A DNA stretch of 64,000 bases from Trichinella spiralis (Eukaryota). Under the pieces are notes generated by a model that worked only from the letters and a program-made list of their open reading frames with translations, ran no database searches and was not told the origin of the DNA. A program made the translations under genes and the position numbers. Below are positions 12,690 through 26,354 of the stretch, one piece after another (position 1 is the stretch's first letter; each line of letters opens with the position of its first letter). The DNA is taken from NCBI RefSeq assembly GCF_000181795.1, contig NW_003526941.1:999844-1063843 (forward strand), written 5' to 3'.

Positions 12690-15540
12690 CAAAGTTACGG
12701 TTGCGTAAATATTCTATCAATCAAGATAAACAAACTGCCAAATTTAAAGCAGTTTATTTCAGAAGTATCGAAATGTGTTCAACCAGACTGTGCAGAACTC
12801 TCCAATTTATCGATATGTAACCAAGAAAAGAATTCAAAATTTCGAAAAAATTTTTTTCACGAAAAACGCGAAAACAGCAAAGTCTATAGCCCACAAAATT
12901 TCGAAAATTTGAAAATCCTATTTTTTTCCAAAAATAGTGTCAGAATGTAAGAAAAAATTAAAAAACAACATAAAGATTGGTCTCACGTTGGTTCATTGCG
13001 TATTTCTTGAGATATTGTAGAAAAACTGAAACTAAAATACAATTTTAATGATGAAGAAAGGAAAAAAATAAAATAAAAAAGTTGAAAAAATATTAGTAAA
13101 AAACTATTTTGTTAAAGTTTATCAAGAAATCCAGAATATTTTGAACAGAAACAGGTTCTTGTTTAAATAACATTTGTTCCTGAATTTTGTTTCCATATTA
13201 CAGCATACAAAATGTTTCAAATTTTTGTTAACGCTATTTCATTGATTGAATACACTAAAGAAAGAAGAATTAGTCAAAATAATAATATATAAATGCAATT
13301 TTAATCCAACATGCGGTTGCTTATATTTGTAAATGTCACAATCCCTAACCAACTATTCCAACAAATTTCTGAAAATATCATCGATTACATGTTAATGAAA
13401 ATTTATATACCCATAGTTTACGTATTATTGTAGTTGGTAATCAACTATGCAAGAAACAGATCGTTCGTATTTCGTGGAAACATGCTTTTAGTGTTTTTGA
13501 ACTTATAAGTTAATATCTGAGCGGTTTCGAAACAATTCTGTACACGGAGATATTGTTTCATCTTCAGTTGTTAGTCTAATTATGATTATTCCATTTCGAA
13601 GTAATTATTATCAAAACAAATACTATATGTCAGGCCCAATTTGTTATGTGGAATACAAGGAGTGCTGAAAATGAGAATAAATCAAAATAGCCGCAGGTTT
13701 AGTACCAATGACATGCTAATGTAATGATAAGAATCATGAACAGCATTGTAATTCATGAAATGATTAGTTTTCAAACAAAGCAAATATTTTCTAAGCATAC
13801 GTTAAGACAATATAAATAATAATAATAATAATAATATATTCGACGTCTAAGAGAAATAACGTTTGAAATTCGTTTCATTTGATGATAATAAACAGATAAA
13901 TTGAAAAAAAGTTCATATATTGAGCGATTAAATCAAATTTCAGCAAGTTTTGAAACAACATTTGATAACTTAATGGGATTAGTCTGAAAATAACGGAAAA
14001 TTGGTTTGCTGAAAACTAAAATATATTGCACGAGGATGCATTTTTGGACAGATTATAGCAGTAGAGTGCCAAGAATGGTTCATTAAGTGAATCTCACAAA
14101 CTGCAGTTCAGTTTAGAGAAAGTTACCGATGGGCAACTTTCCTGTGTATTAAAATAGACAAACTGTTAAGTTTAAAATCAATTTATTCCATACGTATGGA
14201 ATTGTGTTCAAACAGAATTTGCAGAACTCCCTAATCTTTCGATATATAAATAACTATATTCATCAAAAGAATTCAAAATTTCGAAAAAATATTTTTCACG
14301 AAAAACGCGAAAACAGCAAAGTCTATAGTCCACGAAATTTCGAAGTTTTCGAAAATCCTATTTTCTCAAAAAATAATGTGATAATGTAGGAAAATATTAG
14401 AAAACAACAATGAGCTTGGTACCACGTTGCCTGATTGCGTATTTCTAGAGATATTGTGGAAAAACTGAAACTGAAATACAATTTTAATGATGAAGAAACT
14501 GAAAAAAATAAAATAAAAAAGTTGAAAAAATATTAGTAGAAAACTATTTTGTTAAAGTTTATCAAAAAATTCACAATATTTTGAACAAAAACAGGTTAAC
14601 ATTTGTTCCTGAATTGTGTTTACATATTTCCATGTTTACAGTATCTAAAACGTTTCAAATTTTTGTTAATGCTGTTTCCTTGATTGAATACACTAGAGAA
14701 TTATGAGTTAGTCAAAATAATAATATACAAATGCAAATTAAATCACCGTGGGGTTGCTTTTATCTGTAAATATCAGAATCGCTAACTAGTTATTTCATCA
14801 AATTTCTCGAAAAATCAATGATTTACGATGACTGCATTTACAGTTCATTTTCATAAGCGGGATTCAGGGAGTGTTGTAAAGCAAAAATACACTCATAGAA
14901 CCATAAGTTTTATATCACTGAAAAGTTCGTTGAATAATGAAAATGATGTACAGCACGGTAATGAGTAATATGACTGTTTATTAACAAATGAAAGATATGG
15001 AAAGCATGCGATCGTACAAACATGTATTGATCAATGTGAAAGGGAAACAACGTTGGATATTGATATCAGTGGTGCATTCATTATAAAGGGTTGAATTAAT
15101 ATAAAGTTAGTATATAGGATGTTCTATGTCCATTTCCTGCTGGTTTGAAACAACTTCCATCAAATTAAAATGTGCTAAAAATGATGGAAAATTCGATGGC
15201 TAAAATGCAAGAAATATTGTGCGAAGCATCAAATTTTGGATGATTCCTTTATTGAAATACCATAACTGTTCCATTTGCTGAACTGCCCGCATGACGGTTG
15301 CATTTAAAGAAAGTTTCATATTTGCGAATTCTCCTTGTATTAACATAGACAATGTGCCATCTTTAGAAGCCACTTATTCCACGTTTTGAGCTCGAAGCTG
15401 TTTTTCATGCAATGTCGCAAAACAATTTATTCTATCCATATGTATCGATTTTGGAAAAAAAATGCAAATATTGTCAAACAGCTTTTTTCTGCCCGTAAAC
15501 AGAGAAGCCTATTTAGTCCATGAAATTTTGATTTCTTTAC
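12690..15540. repeat. Diverged AT-rich tandem array, units of about 1.2-1.4 kb (two clear copies at about 12690-13390 and 14119-14825, plus a more degenerate third)
   Basis: Shared block aattcaaaatttcgaaaaa...cacgaaaaacgcgaaaacagcaaagtctatag at about 12831 and 14270. Region 13850-14070 also resembles 15040-15250. There is no gap in between. Confidence 0.8.
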
Positions 15541-16124
15541 GAAAATCTTTCAAACAACTGATATAGATAAATCATAGGAAATGCAGTATCTATTACCACA
15601 TTTTTCACACAATTCCTAGTAGTGTCGTTTTTGAGATTTTGCTGTAAATGAGCTTCCAAATCTGGATGTTAATGGTAAGGACAAAAAATGTATGCGTTTG
15701 ATAGTCACGCATAGAAGTGGCTTTGATTAAAATTTACTTCGACGCAGCGAATCGTTTCCGCAATATGGATGTTCCTTGTAGTAACAGAACAACATAGAAT
15801 TTGTACTTGATTTCTATTTGTTTAATACAGGCTGCATGTACTTCAAACCTTTTATTTGAGCTAATGCAGTCAGTGATAACAATTTAGAAATAGCGTACAA
15901 TAAAATTTATGATTTTCAGATTAAACGTTTATTGCAACATAATATTTCTTACATAAATCGGACAACGATGTTGATGCGTGAAAGGTCACAGTTCCGCATT
16001 AATTCAAAGTCAGCCATGCAAATTAGTCGTTGACTTAATTAAACTACAAGATAACTTAACCCTATCGAATATCTGCCGCTGGGACTAACAGAATTGATCC
16101 CGAAAGGTAACCGCCTGCACCTCC

Positions 16125-17550
16125 TGTCTTCTTTTGTTCTACTTCGTACCGTCTTCGCTCTGCCTCGTGTCGTCCCTGTTTAAACTTTTTCTTTTCCTCA
16201 TCATTTACATCTCTATAAATTTTAAACGTCAAATAAAAACATTTTCCCGCTTTATCACATACTAAAACTCTAAAGGCACCGTTAAGAAAATGAGTATACA
16301 ATGTTCTTATATAAAATTTACACAAGTAAAACATAAAATATCTTTAGTAATCAAATACCGGCGTCAGTAGTTCCAAAACGCCACAATAAACTCGAGCAGC
16401 GTTCCACTACATTGCAATAAGTGAACCATTACTGATTGATGATAAGGCAATTTTCAAAAGACCCTTATTTGCATAATGCAGCGCTAGAAATCATTTTGCA
16501 ATGGATGTGCATTGGAAATTATTCTCGATTATGAATTGTAACCTAACGTCGACCTAATAGAAACAGTAAAAATTTATGCCGAGTGAACAGCAAGCAGCTA
16601 ATCTAGCAAATTGATCGCATTAAAATAGAATAATTTTCAATAATATTAAAAAGCAATTCAGATGCACTGTTCAATTCACCTAATCAGGACTGTTAGAAGG
16701 TTCAGAAATGGATCTTGACTGGTAAAGGTTATCAAATACAAATTCCGCTAAAATATAAACTACCTGACAGGATATGCCACAACACAAATATTCACTTCAA
16801 GAAAACACGCCTCCGCATGTCTGAAAAATTTCAAAATAGAACAAAAATGTACAGAAAGTGAAGTTAATTTCTGACAAGGAAGACGCTTTCAATTGAAAAT
16901 TTTTCATGCAAATGCTTCTTTGGTTACTGAAAAGGTGATGATCTCTGCTATAGACGCTGCTGATCTGCTTAAGCGACGGACGATATGCACGCAGTGTTAA
17001 AAATGGATTAAGCGAGATAGAAATTCTCGTAAAGATAAATTCTTGCCTAATGTCAACATCCGAAAAACAAAGTTACAGTTTTACAGCAAAAAATACCTTC
17101 CATCTTACATAAATACTTAATTAAACAAAGGAATAACATCACCGTTTCAAAGAATCCCCAACCACGCCTTACACAATTAACACACACAAGAAAAAATAGC
17201 ATTTACATTTTGTCTTCTCTTGTTCTTTTTCGTGCCGTCAATGGTTTGCTACGTATCGTCTGAATTTATATTTTTTTTTGTTTGCTCCATTCTCTATACA
17301 TGCAAAAATGATATCAAATCAAACATGCTGCCGCTTCACTAGTTAGTATACGCTACAGCAACTTGAAAATTGAATTTTGAGGTATTATATAATAAATGGT
17401 TTTTAATTGAAATGTAACATTTATAAAATAAGTATACACAGTTTTTGAAGAAAAGTAACACAAGTAGAAAAGCAAATTATTTTTCTGCAATAAAAACGGT
17501 CTATAGCGACTATTTAACGCCACATTAAATTCAGAGAACGTTTTACTACG
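16125..17550. repeat. Diverged direct repeat (about 16125-16410 vs 17210-17550)
   Basis: tgtcttcttttgttctacttcgtaccgtc vs tgtcttctcttgttctttttcgtgccgtc, and acgccacaataaactcg...actac vs acgccacattaaattca...actac, occur in the same order. Confidence 0.6.
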
Positions 17551-19987
17551 CTTCTCCACTTGCTTGCCACGTAATTGAAATAAGCAACTGATAAATGATA
17601 AAACAACGTTATAGTTACCAAACTTATCGCTGTCTTTCTATCGTTGACGTCCATCTTCCATTCTTGTGTTTTTAAGTGTACTAGAATTAATTCAATAAAA
17701 TAATGTAGTAATAAATAAAAATTAAAGCAGTTAACAATGTGATACCATTAACTTCATTGTAGGGAAAACGCCCCTGCACTCTCACCGCACACCGTACGCC
17801 AACAACCATTAAAACTGAAGTCACGTAAGCCTACGTAAAGCAGTGGAATGAAAATTTGCATATATTTTCTGGTAAACGAGTCTTATTGTGGCTGCTTTTC
17901 AGAGTACGTTGAGCAAACGAAAATTTTTCACGACTTTTAATCTAAAATTATACCAAAAGGATGATCATACGAGTTTGAAGTTTACAATAATAATTATTAT
18001 GTCCTTTTCAACGACTAGATACTATTGAATTCTATAAAAAAGCAAAATGAATGAATCTTCATAGATTTATTAAAAGTTCAAGCTTGTGTAAGCTATAACT
18101 ACAAAATAAACAAACGTCAGGGCAGCGTTTAAAAATTTGCATATTAATGAGTCAACGTTTAAGTGTGATGAAATTCTTTAACATGATGTCAGTTTCAAAA
18201 CTAAATTCATAATTTCATCTAATTTGCTTTATTTGGGCTATTCAATTGCATGCAAGTAATATTATCTTAATACTGTAAACTTCTATCTCGTGTATTTAAG
18301 GTTGCGAAAATTATGCATGCTCAACGTAATGAACAGTACGCGTCGAACTTGTTTACCAGAATTTTCATGCAAATTTTTTAACGTGGCCTTGACATTTGTT
18401 TGCTTTACAGCTGTAGCGCTCCCTTATGTATACAGTGTACATTCATAACGTTGAAAAATACCGCAAAATATACTTACTTTTATAATTCCACTATTTCATC
18501 ATATAATGGATCATCATGTATATATGATATCATACATGAATAATGAATGCAATTATTCATTTAATATTATAAAATAATTATAAATGCCTGAGATTAGATT
18601 GCAAAAACTGATGGGTGTGCATGGAACAGGACAAGCCGAAGTGAGCCGTATCCAAGTGATAGCCGCACAGACGAATGCCAGACAGTGGAATGACCAATAC
18701 AGCACGTGTGCGCACACTTTATTAGGCGTAACGAGAAATCGAAATTGGCCAATCAGATTGCGCACCAGGCCCGTGAATTATCTCCGCATGTAGTAAGTAG
18801 GATTTGTCTAATCACAGCGTGTGCAATGTAAGTGTGTGTGTATACAACAACAGTATTTTGTAGTGTATTTTTGTTCACAAGTTATCCAATATACGAAACA
18901 GGTTGTTTTGAACAAATTTTAATAATAATATAAACAATATGATTAAATGTGAACAAGTGGAAAATTTTTTTCTGCATTTGTAGATTTGATCTGAAAATTT
19001 TAAATGAATAATTTATTATTTATATAATATAATATAATATATTACATTATATTATTCCTGCGCATACTATCATTATTAATGAATCCTGATTATCATATTT
19101 CAAAATTTCCACCAAGCAGTATTTAATATATAAATTGTATTTATATATATTGGAAATAAAAATGTTCACATTGTCGTCAGTTTCACAATCGTTTTCTTTT
19201 CTTCAAATTTCACATTTATTCAATTGTGGCAATGTGCAGAATTGATTTGAATTTATAAAATTGTACATATCTTGTCATCGCATCAATTTTACGCATATTT
19301 GCATCGTTGTTGCTGGCACAGTTTGCAGTTATTAAATAAGATGTTGTTGAAATTGTATCAGGCGTAAAGCAGGCCACAACAACTCGTTTGGCATTTGTAG
19401 AAAATCAAGGTGATCCAGTTTGCTTTGGCAATAAAGTGTTAAAAAGCATCTGAAATTGCTCAAACAGTATTTGACCCTATTCATTTTGAAGTGTCGATTG
19501 TTACGTAACAGTCGAAGTATTTATTTTCAAATTCCACGCAAGTATTTCCCAGTTATGGTTGATGTAAATAAAAGATAAAATATTTTTTTGATCAATGTAT
19601 CCGTATTTATAGTATCAGTTCAAGGTGAAACAAGGCTTTTCATTTTTTTTGGAAACCCTTCAACCGAATAAACGTTTCTGCCAACATTTTAAATGAATAT
19701 TAAAATGCTTTTTTTGCAAAAATAAAACAACAAAAAAATATATACAATACACACCTGACAAGTTGATTTTTCTTATTGTTGTTGGCATGTCGAACATTTT
19801 TCACACGATCACATCATATGTTAACAAATAAGTCTGTTTTTACGCGTGCAAAGTTTACACAACTGTGCATTGGAATGATCATCAAGCAAGCCGGCCGATA
19901 AAAACTGAATTAAATCAGTTTCAAATTTGATATTAGAACGAACCTTTTCGTAAACTGTAGAAAAATAATGCAGAAAAAATTTCCGTC

Positions 19988-22859
19988 CTAATCGTAATCT
20001 GGTTCAGGAATGTAGACAGGTATGCGTTCTTCAATTGTCGGGGTCCACATGCGAAACGATCTTTGACTTTCCACAACCGGCATCTGGCTAGCACTGTTAC
20101 TGTTAGCTAGATGCTTCTGCGCGACGATCCTTTCTGCCGGTGTCCACTTTTTCTCACTTACATTACCATTCAGCATGGCAAACTCTTTCACTGGAGTGCT
20201 TGTGATGAACTCTTTCCTAAGACCACTGTCAGATGACTGATCACCGCTTGAAAGACTACCGTTCAAACGTTGGTGTCCATTTTGCATACACCAGCCGGCC
20301 AAAACGGTGTCACTGTACGGATCTTCTGTGTAAGAAGAAGTTCTACAACATTGAAGTCAGTAACGACATAATGGAATCAGAGTCAGGGTCATGACATGAA
20401 GATCAGAGATAACAGCTAAAAATACCGAATGAAAAAAAAAAAAAGAAATTTCTCCCCCTCCTCCCTTGAGCATGAAACAGAGATGCAAAAGAAAGTTTAT
20501 TGACCTGAAAATTTCACCTTGATGCTGCTGTGTCACTGTGGGCAGAAAATGGTTTCACAGGTTAATGAAATAACAGCATGTTCTGAGTGAAGAACAGTTT
20601 ACATAAAGCAAACACCCGTCTGCTCATCTGGATGCTAATTTTTGCAACAGCATATACCATTACAAGATACACCACAGACGCCAAAGTTGACCAATAAGAA
20701 TGCAATTCAAGCCTGGATTAAACTGCCTATTTTTCTATTCTATAATTTATTATTTCACATGTTTTTAATATCCACTGGTCCTTTATCTAATAAAAGAAAA
20801 AGAAACAAACCAAGAAACAGGATACATACGTCTCTTTTGTCAAAGTTCAAATTTTACTAATAAATCAATTGAATATATATCATGACAGAACAATCAGCTA
20901 ATATCAATGGACTGTAATGATAATTATTACTTACTACAGTTTTCAAATAAATTTTTTCAACATTTGCCCAAGGTAAAAAGTAAGAATTGAAAGAAAAACA
21001 AAAATTACATTCCAGTGCAAACTATTATTAATAGTTATTTATAACTTAGTACATGGTTAAAAAATAATGAAATTACAGATAATTTTTGATTTTCAAGTAC
21101 GAATAAAAATATTTCACCGCAAAAAAGGTGTGTATAATTAATTGACTGATTGATTAGTTCACTGATAGAAATTAAATTCTAAATCCATAAAAAGGTTATT
21201 TTTATATAAATTAACATCACCTATGAATGCATTACGTGAGGATTTTGCAAACAGAGGTGCAAAGTGTGCGTTTCCAATAAAAAATACGCTCGAAAGAACA
21301 TTAATTACGGTCAACAGAAAATATCTGCAAATAAATAGATGCTTTAAAATGTTTTAAATTGATTAGCATTTTAATGAATCCTTCCAAGCACTTGCTGCAG
21401 TGAAAATTCATTTGATTAAAAAACATTTAAATTTTTGTTCACTTGTTCGTGTGCATTTTGCAAATGCATCTCAAACTCGGTCCAATAAAGTGCGCATGCA
21501 AATCGACTTTTACACACAGTTTGCTGACAAATATGACAGAATGAACAATGAATAAATTTCTCAGTTATATAACTGATGAATTAATTTAAAAAAGAAAAAA
21601 ATATTACGGTGATGATGATGATTATGATTACATTGTTGTTGCTATTGTTTGCAAACCAAAAAGTTGATTACTTACTTTTTGCATAGTTTGTCGTTGTCTG
21701 GACGAGAACAGTCTGCAATGCTGGACGAATGCTTGCGCAGACGGTTCAATGTCTCCGGATTGCGGTCCAGTCGATTTTCCAAGTCGGCAATCCAGCTGAA
21801 GTCGATCTCGCTGTGCAGTTCGCCGCCGGTCAGCGTATCCCGGCCGGATCCGATGGAACCTGGCCCCCGAGCTTGGTCGCACTGGACCAACAGACCGTCG
21901 TCGTCGACGTACTTGAGCGTGGTTACCATTTCACCGTCCGCCGCGGCACAGTTGGTCCACGGTTGTCGTTCCGCAGTAACAGAGGATGGTTGGTGAGTTT
22001 GACGTGCGGGCGTGGCGTACTCCTCATCCGACAAAGTGAAAGCTGCCGAAGATGCGGCGCAAGAATCACTGCCAGAAAAGTGGCACTTTTCCATTTTTTC
22101 CGCTTCAGCTAACAGACGTGCATTGCGTTCCATGATCGTCTGCGCGTCGGTGGTCACAATGAGCTTTTGCTCTTCACGTTCATTTTCAATTTGTAATTGC
22201 TGTTGTTGTTGCTGTTGTTGTTGTTGTTGCTGCTGCTGCTGCTGCTGTTGCTGTTGACGACGCTGCTGTTTCACAGAACTGCTGCTCAATTTTCGACAAC
22301 AATCCGGCATGTCGTCACTTTTGTATGCAGTGTGGGATTCGGTTCGAGTTTTGGGCAACGCGTCGGCCAGATGCGGGTGTAAGTTGGTGGTGAATTTGAA
22401 AAGTCGACCAGTCTTGGGCTTGGGCGCGGCTTCTTTACCAAGCTTCTCGTCGGTGGAGAATTCAGCCGTGGAACGACGCCCAGAACGCACCGGTTTCAAT
22501 GCACCGGCCATCGGCTGACGGTCGACCAGGGCCAGTTGGCGTTGCGCGCGCAAACTGCCCGCACCCTGGTAAGCGCCGCCCTGGTCAACAATGCCGTCCG
22601 GCTCATAAGCGGCGCAGTTCCAAAGCTGAGCCGGCGCCCGCTGCCAAACCGCACCCGGAGGATAGAAAGGAGCCGGCGGCAGCGGCGGACCGAACGGAGC
22701 CGCAACCGGCATCAGAGGCAATTGCAAAACGGCCGGCGGCGATCCAAGCACCGGACAAACAATCTTCTGCTCATCGTAAACGAGCCGTTCCACAGGTACC
22801 AAGGCTCGATTGTTCCTCCTCAACGCCACATTGCCAGGTGTAGCTTGTCGATTGCCCAT
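19988..22859 (-). CDS. Unknown ~512-aa low-complexity protein, exons 21676-22859 and 19988-20342 (N-terminal MGN, Pro-rich stretch, 20xQ tract, C-terminal IPEPDYD)
   Basis: The GC-rich 395-aa ORF starts at ATG and ends at donor AA|gtaagt (phase 2). It joins in frame to acceptor tactgac...tgtag|A of the 104-aa ORF. Total 1539 nt. Confidence 0.72.
22197..22256 (-). repeat. CAA/CAG trinucleotide tract encoding 20 Gln
   Basis: 60 nt of tgt/tgc repeats on the plus strand inside the ORF. Confidence 0.95.
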
Positions 22860-25800
22860 TCTCTTCTTCTAATCAACAAACAAGCAAGCAAACAAACAAA
22901 CAATAAAGTGCACAATTTTTCGTCTCTTTTTCAGTGTAGGCTTGTTGCTTTTGTTTCAAAAAGAAAAATACAAGAAAAGCATATAGGAATAATGGAATAA
23001 ATCAAGAACCGGTGACTTTTTGCATTGTGGCTTTAATTGCTCGAGAAGAGAATGAAAACGGTGTCGTTGGAGCGACGGCAGCCGCCGACTTTGACCTTAC
23101 TCGGCCGTCGTGTCCGCCTTGGAACAGCAAAAGTTGGAAAGCAGTAATGCTTGCTTGTCGATCCAGTTTGCAGAAGGAGACGAGAAGACTTTTGTCCAGT
23201 TTTGTCGTGAGTGGCGGCGCTGCGAGCGATCAACTCTACTACCGAACCAGTTGGACGCGACAGTTTATTGAAATGTGTCAACGAACCTGAACGCCAGAAA
23301 CGGTCGGTCAATTTTCACTTCACACGCTTCTTCTCTTTTTGCGTACAAATTGCGAAAAGCAAATAATAATTCCACATAAAATATTTGAAATTGAAATAAT
23401 TTCTCTTTCTCACCAAACGAAATTTAAAAAACAAATCAAATCTGCTGTTGCTCGTCAACAAATTGCAACCATCTGTAGGCAATCAATTAACAAGTGGGCA
23501 AAAGTGCGAGCAAATATCCTTTTTTTAAAAAAAATGACAATTTTTTTCTTTGCACCGGAAAACATGTGAAGTGAAAATGAAAAAATGCTCCTCACTTCAT
23601 CTCGGTTGCACAAGAGGTGAACTTTTGACAATAAAAAGAAAGTTTACACTGGCCTTACAAAATGACATGAAAACCATATATCACCTGCTGAATCGAACCA
23701 ACCAGAGAAAGATCGTGTACAATCGAAATCGTACAAAATTTCCATCCTATAATTCAGCAATGAAACTTTCTCGAAACTTCTACTGCGATTTGTGTTCACG
23801 AATGAACAACAGCTCATCTTTCTTGCTACTTATTTTTTTCAAAATATTAAAAACTTTTAAATACTTGAAACTTATATTATTCTACATCTATTGTACAAAT
23901 TTGAACAAACAAACTGGGATATTTCCTGCAAACCACTGAAAATGAAAAACCCACAAAACACCCGCAACGATCTAACAAAATCCTCTTCTACATTATTCAT
24001 TGTTAAAAGTTTACGCCTCTCTTCAAAGCATACAATACTAGCTATGATAGTGAAAAAAACTTCTGATTCAATGACAATTTCCCAACATCTGTTCAGAGAA
24101 AAAAGTATCACGCTACAGTATCACCGTATCAGTGTTCCGTGTATTTTACTGAACGGCATGGAAAAAAACGGCTCGATCGGCTTCGCAATGACTTTTACGC
24201 AGATTGAAATGAAATGATAAAGTGAACGCGCCGAAATTGCACGACAGAAATTGAACAGTGAGATGAATTTTTTCAAATAGTTTCTAAATGATATGCAGGT
24301 GGTTTATATACTGTAAAATAATTTTGAATTCATATGAATCATTCTCGTGCATTACTTTTTACTTCAGTTTAAAATTGAACATAAAAAGCTGATAAAATGA
24401 TAAAATATAATAAATGGAAAACATAATTATACGCATGCATGCGCTGCTGGCATAATTGTCCACTTGCATACAAACTGGAATCATTATCACTACAAGAAAC
24501 TGCCATCTGAAAATGCTCACAAGTATGCTGAAAAAAGTTTGCTTTCAAAATGACAATCCATAATATAAAAGAACAAAGTCGAATTTATTTACCCATCATT
24601 GGTGTTTTTTTGCCACTGAAAATATGCGGAAATACTGTCAAACCTGTCACATTAGAAATTTATCTTCTAGACTGTCATTAAAAGCTGATACAAATGAAGA
24701 CAGATAACAACAGCAAAGAAACAATGCCAAGCAAAAAAAGCCATCATTATTATTCAAATGCAAAGGCCAACTTGGAGGCAAAAACGCTCGAATGCATGTC
24801 TGCTTGATAATTAAAATGCACAATGTTAGAAGAAAGAAGTCAGAAACCTTTCAGTTACAGTTTAACAAAAAAACAAAGGATTTGCATTTTTTCAAAAAAA
24901 ATATTTCTTTACATCTCTCCTCTGTCTCTCTCGATCTTTACTTACTTATCATTTACTTAAATCCAATGTTATTCAAAGTTTTGCTCAATCATTTCCAAAT
25001 AAGTTTGTCATTTCAACAAGACGAAAAAAATATTTAAATTAAACAATTTCAGTATATACAAGTTTCACATACCTGAATAATCAACAAAAAGCCATGCACA
25101 GAATGGAGAATGGAGAAAAGAGGAACCGTTACAACGAAATGAATTGAAAAGAGAAAACCGCGTCGATGATTGATAATTTGATTTACTCTTTCTTCAACTT
25201 CTCCAGTGATAAATTCACAACAAACAAACAGAGCGCTTTGCTGTATCCTAAAATAAAGCAAGCAACGAATCCAGATTGGTGGCGTTTATAAGAACAATAA
25301 GATTAATCTTCTACCTTGAACAAACTGTGTAACAAACCAAACGGACAACTAAGCAATTTGCATGCTCCCCGGAGCGAAAATTATCTAGACAACTTGGAGC
25401 TGGTAATTTCCGTCGGAATTCGAAGAATTTTATTTGTTCATTTGAATCATCATCGCCAACTGTGTACATTTATACTGCATGCTGCTGAATCGTTTATTCG
25501 AAGACAAAAAGACAGACAGGTCTTGATTTTTGAAATTCACCTCGAAGAAATAATACATGCCCATCTGAAATTCAAGAAAAAACTCGCCAACCATTTTGAA
25601 GCTGAGCAAATTTTCAAATCATCTTCAACAGGTTCAACAAAACAGGCTATTCGGAAATTGAATAGAAGAAAAACATTAAACAAGCAAACAATTTTCAAAT
25701 TAAAAATGACCATACTTGAGTGAATAAATTTTCTTTTTGTTTTCCGTCACTTTTACGCTTTCATTTTCAAGCAATAAAAAGCAGACAAAAGAAACATACG

Positions 25801-26354
25801 TACCTGCTTGCCCGCTTCGTACTTCTCTCTCTGACCACCACGTGTCGAAGTTCAATATTGACTTTGCACATCATGCTCTCTGGGCTGGGTTCTCAGAACG
25901 ATCGTATGAATCAAAAAAAAACAAATGCTTTTTGATCACGCTTTAATGAAATGTCGAACATTTCTGCTAGCTTTGATAAGAATTTCAGAATAAACTTTGC
26001 CCACTTGATTTATACGATATCGACTGCCATTTTTCAAAATCTTTTTTGCTTTCTTCACAAACAACAACAGTTTTTTGTTCTTTTCGTTGAATTTAGCTGT
26101 TGGTGATGAATGTGCACAAAAAATGTACCAAAAAGACTACGATTTTTATTCCTATTTGCAAGTAAATTACACGCCGCTACGCAAAATGAAATCACGAAGA
26201 TTTTGGATAATTTCAAGAAAAATTGACGTGCTGCTGCTGCACATGATTCAATTATAATTTTGTGCCTTCTCAAAGCAAAGGCAAAAAAATAGATAGGCGC
26301 TGAAAAAAATTAACAGGCAGAAAAATAAATGGCTAAAATGAAGAAATGAAAATT

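Noticed and set aside
23550..26273. Short ORFs and exon-like segments between the polyQ gene and the elongase
   Set aside because: No recognisable protein and no consistent phase chain. They may be UTR exons, but the sequence alone does not support a call.
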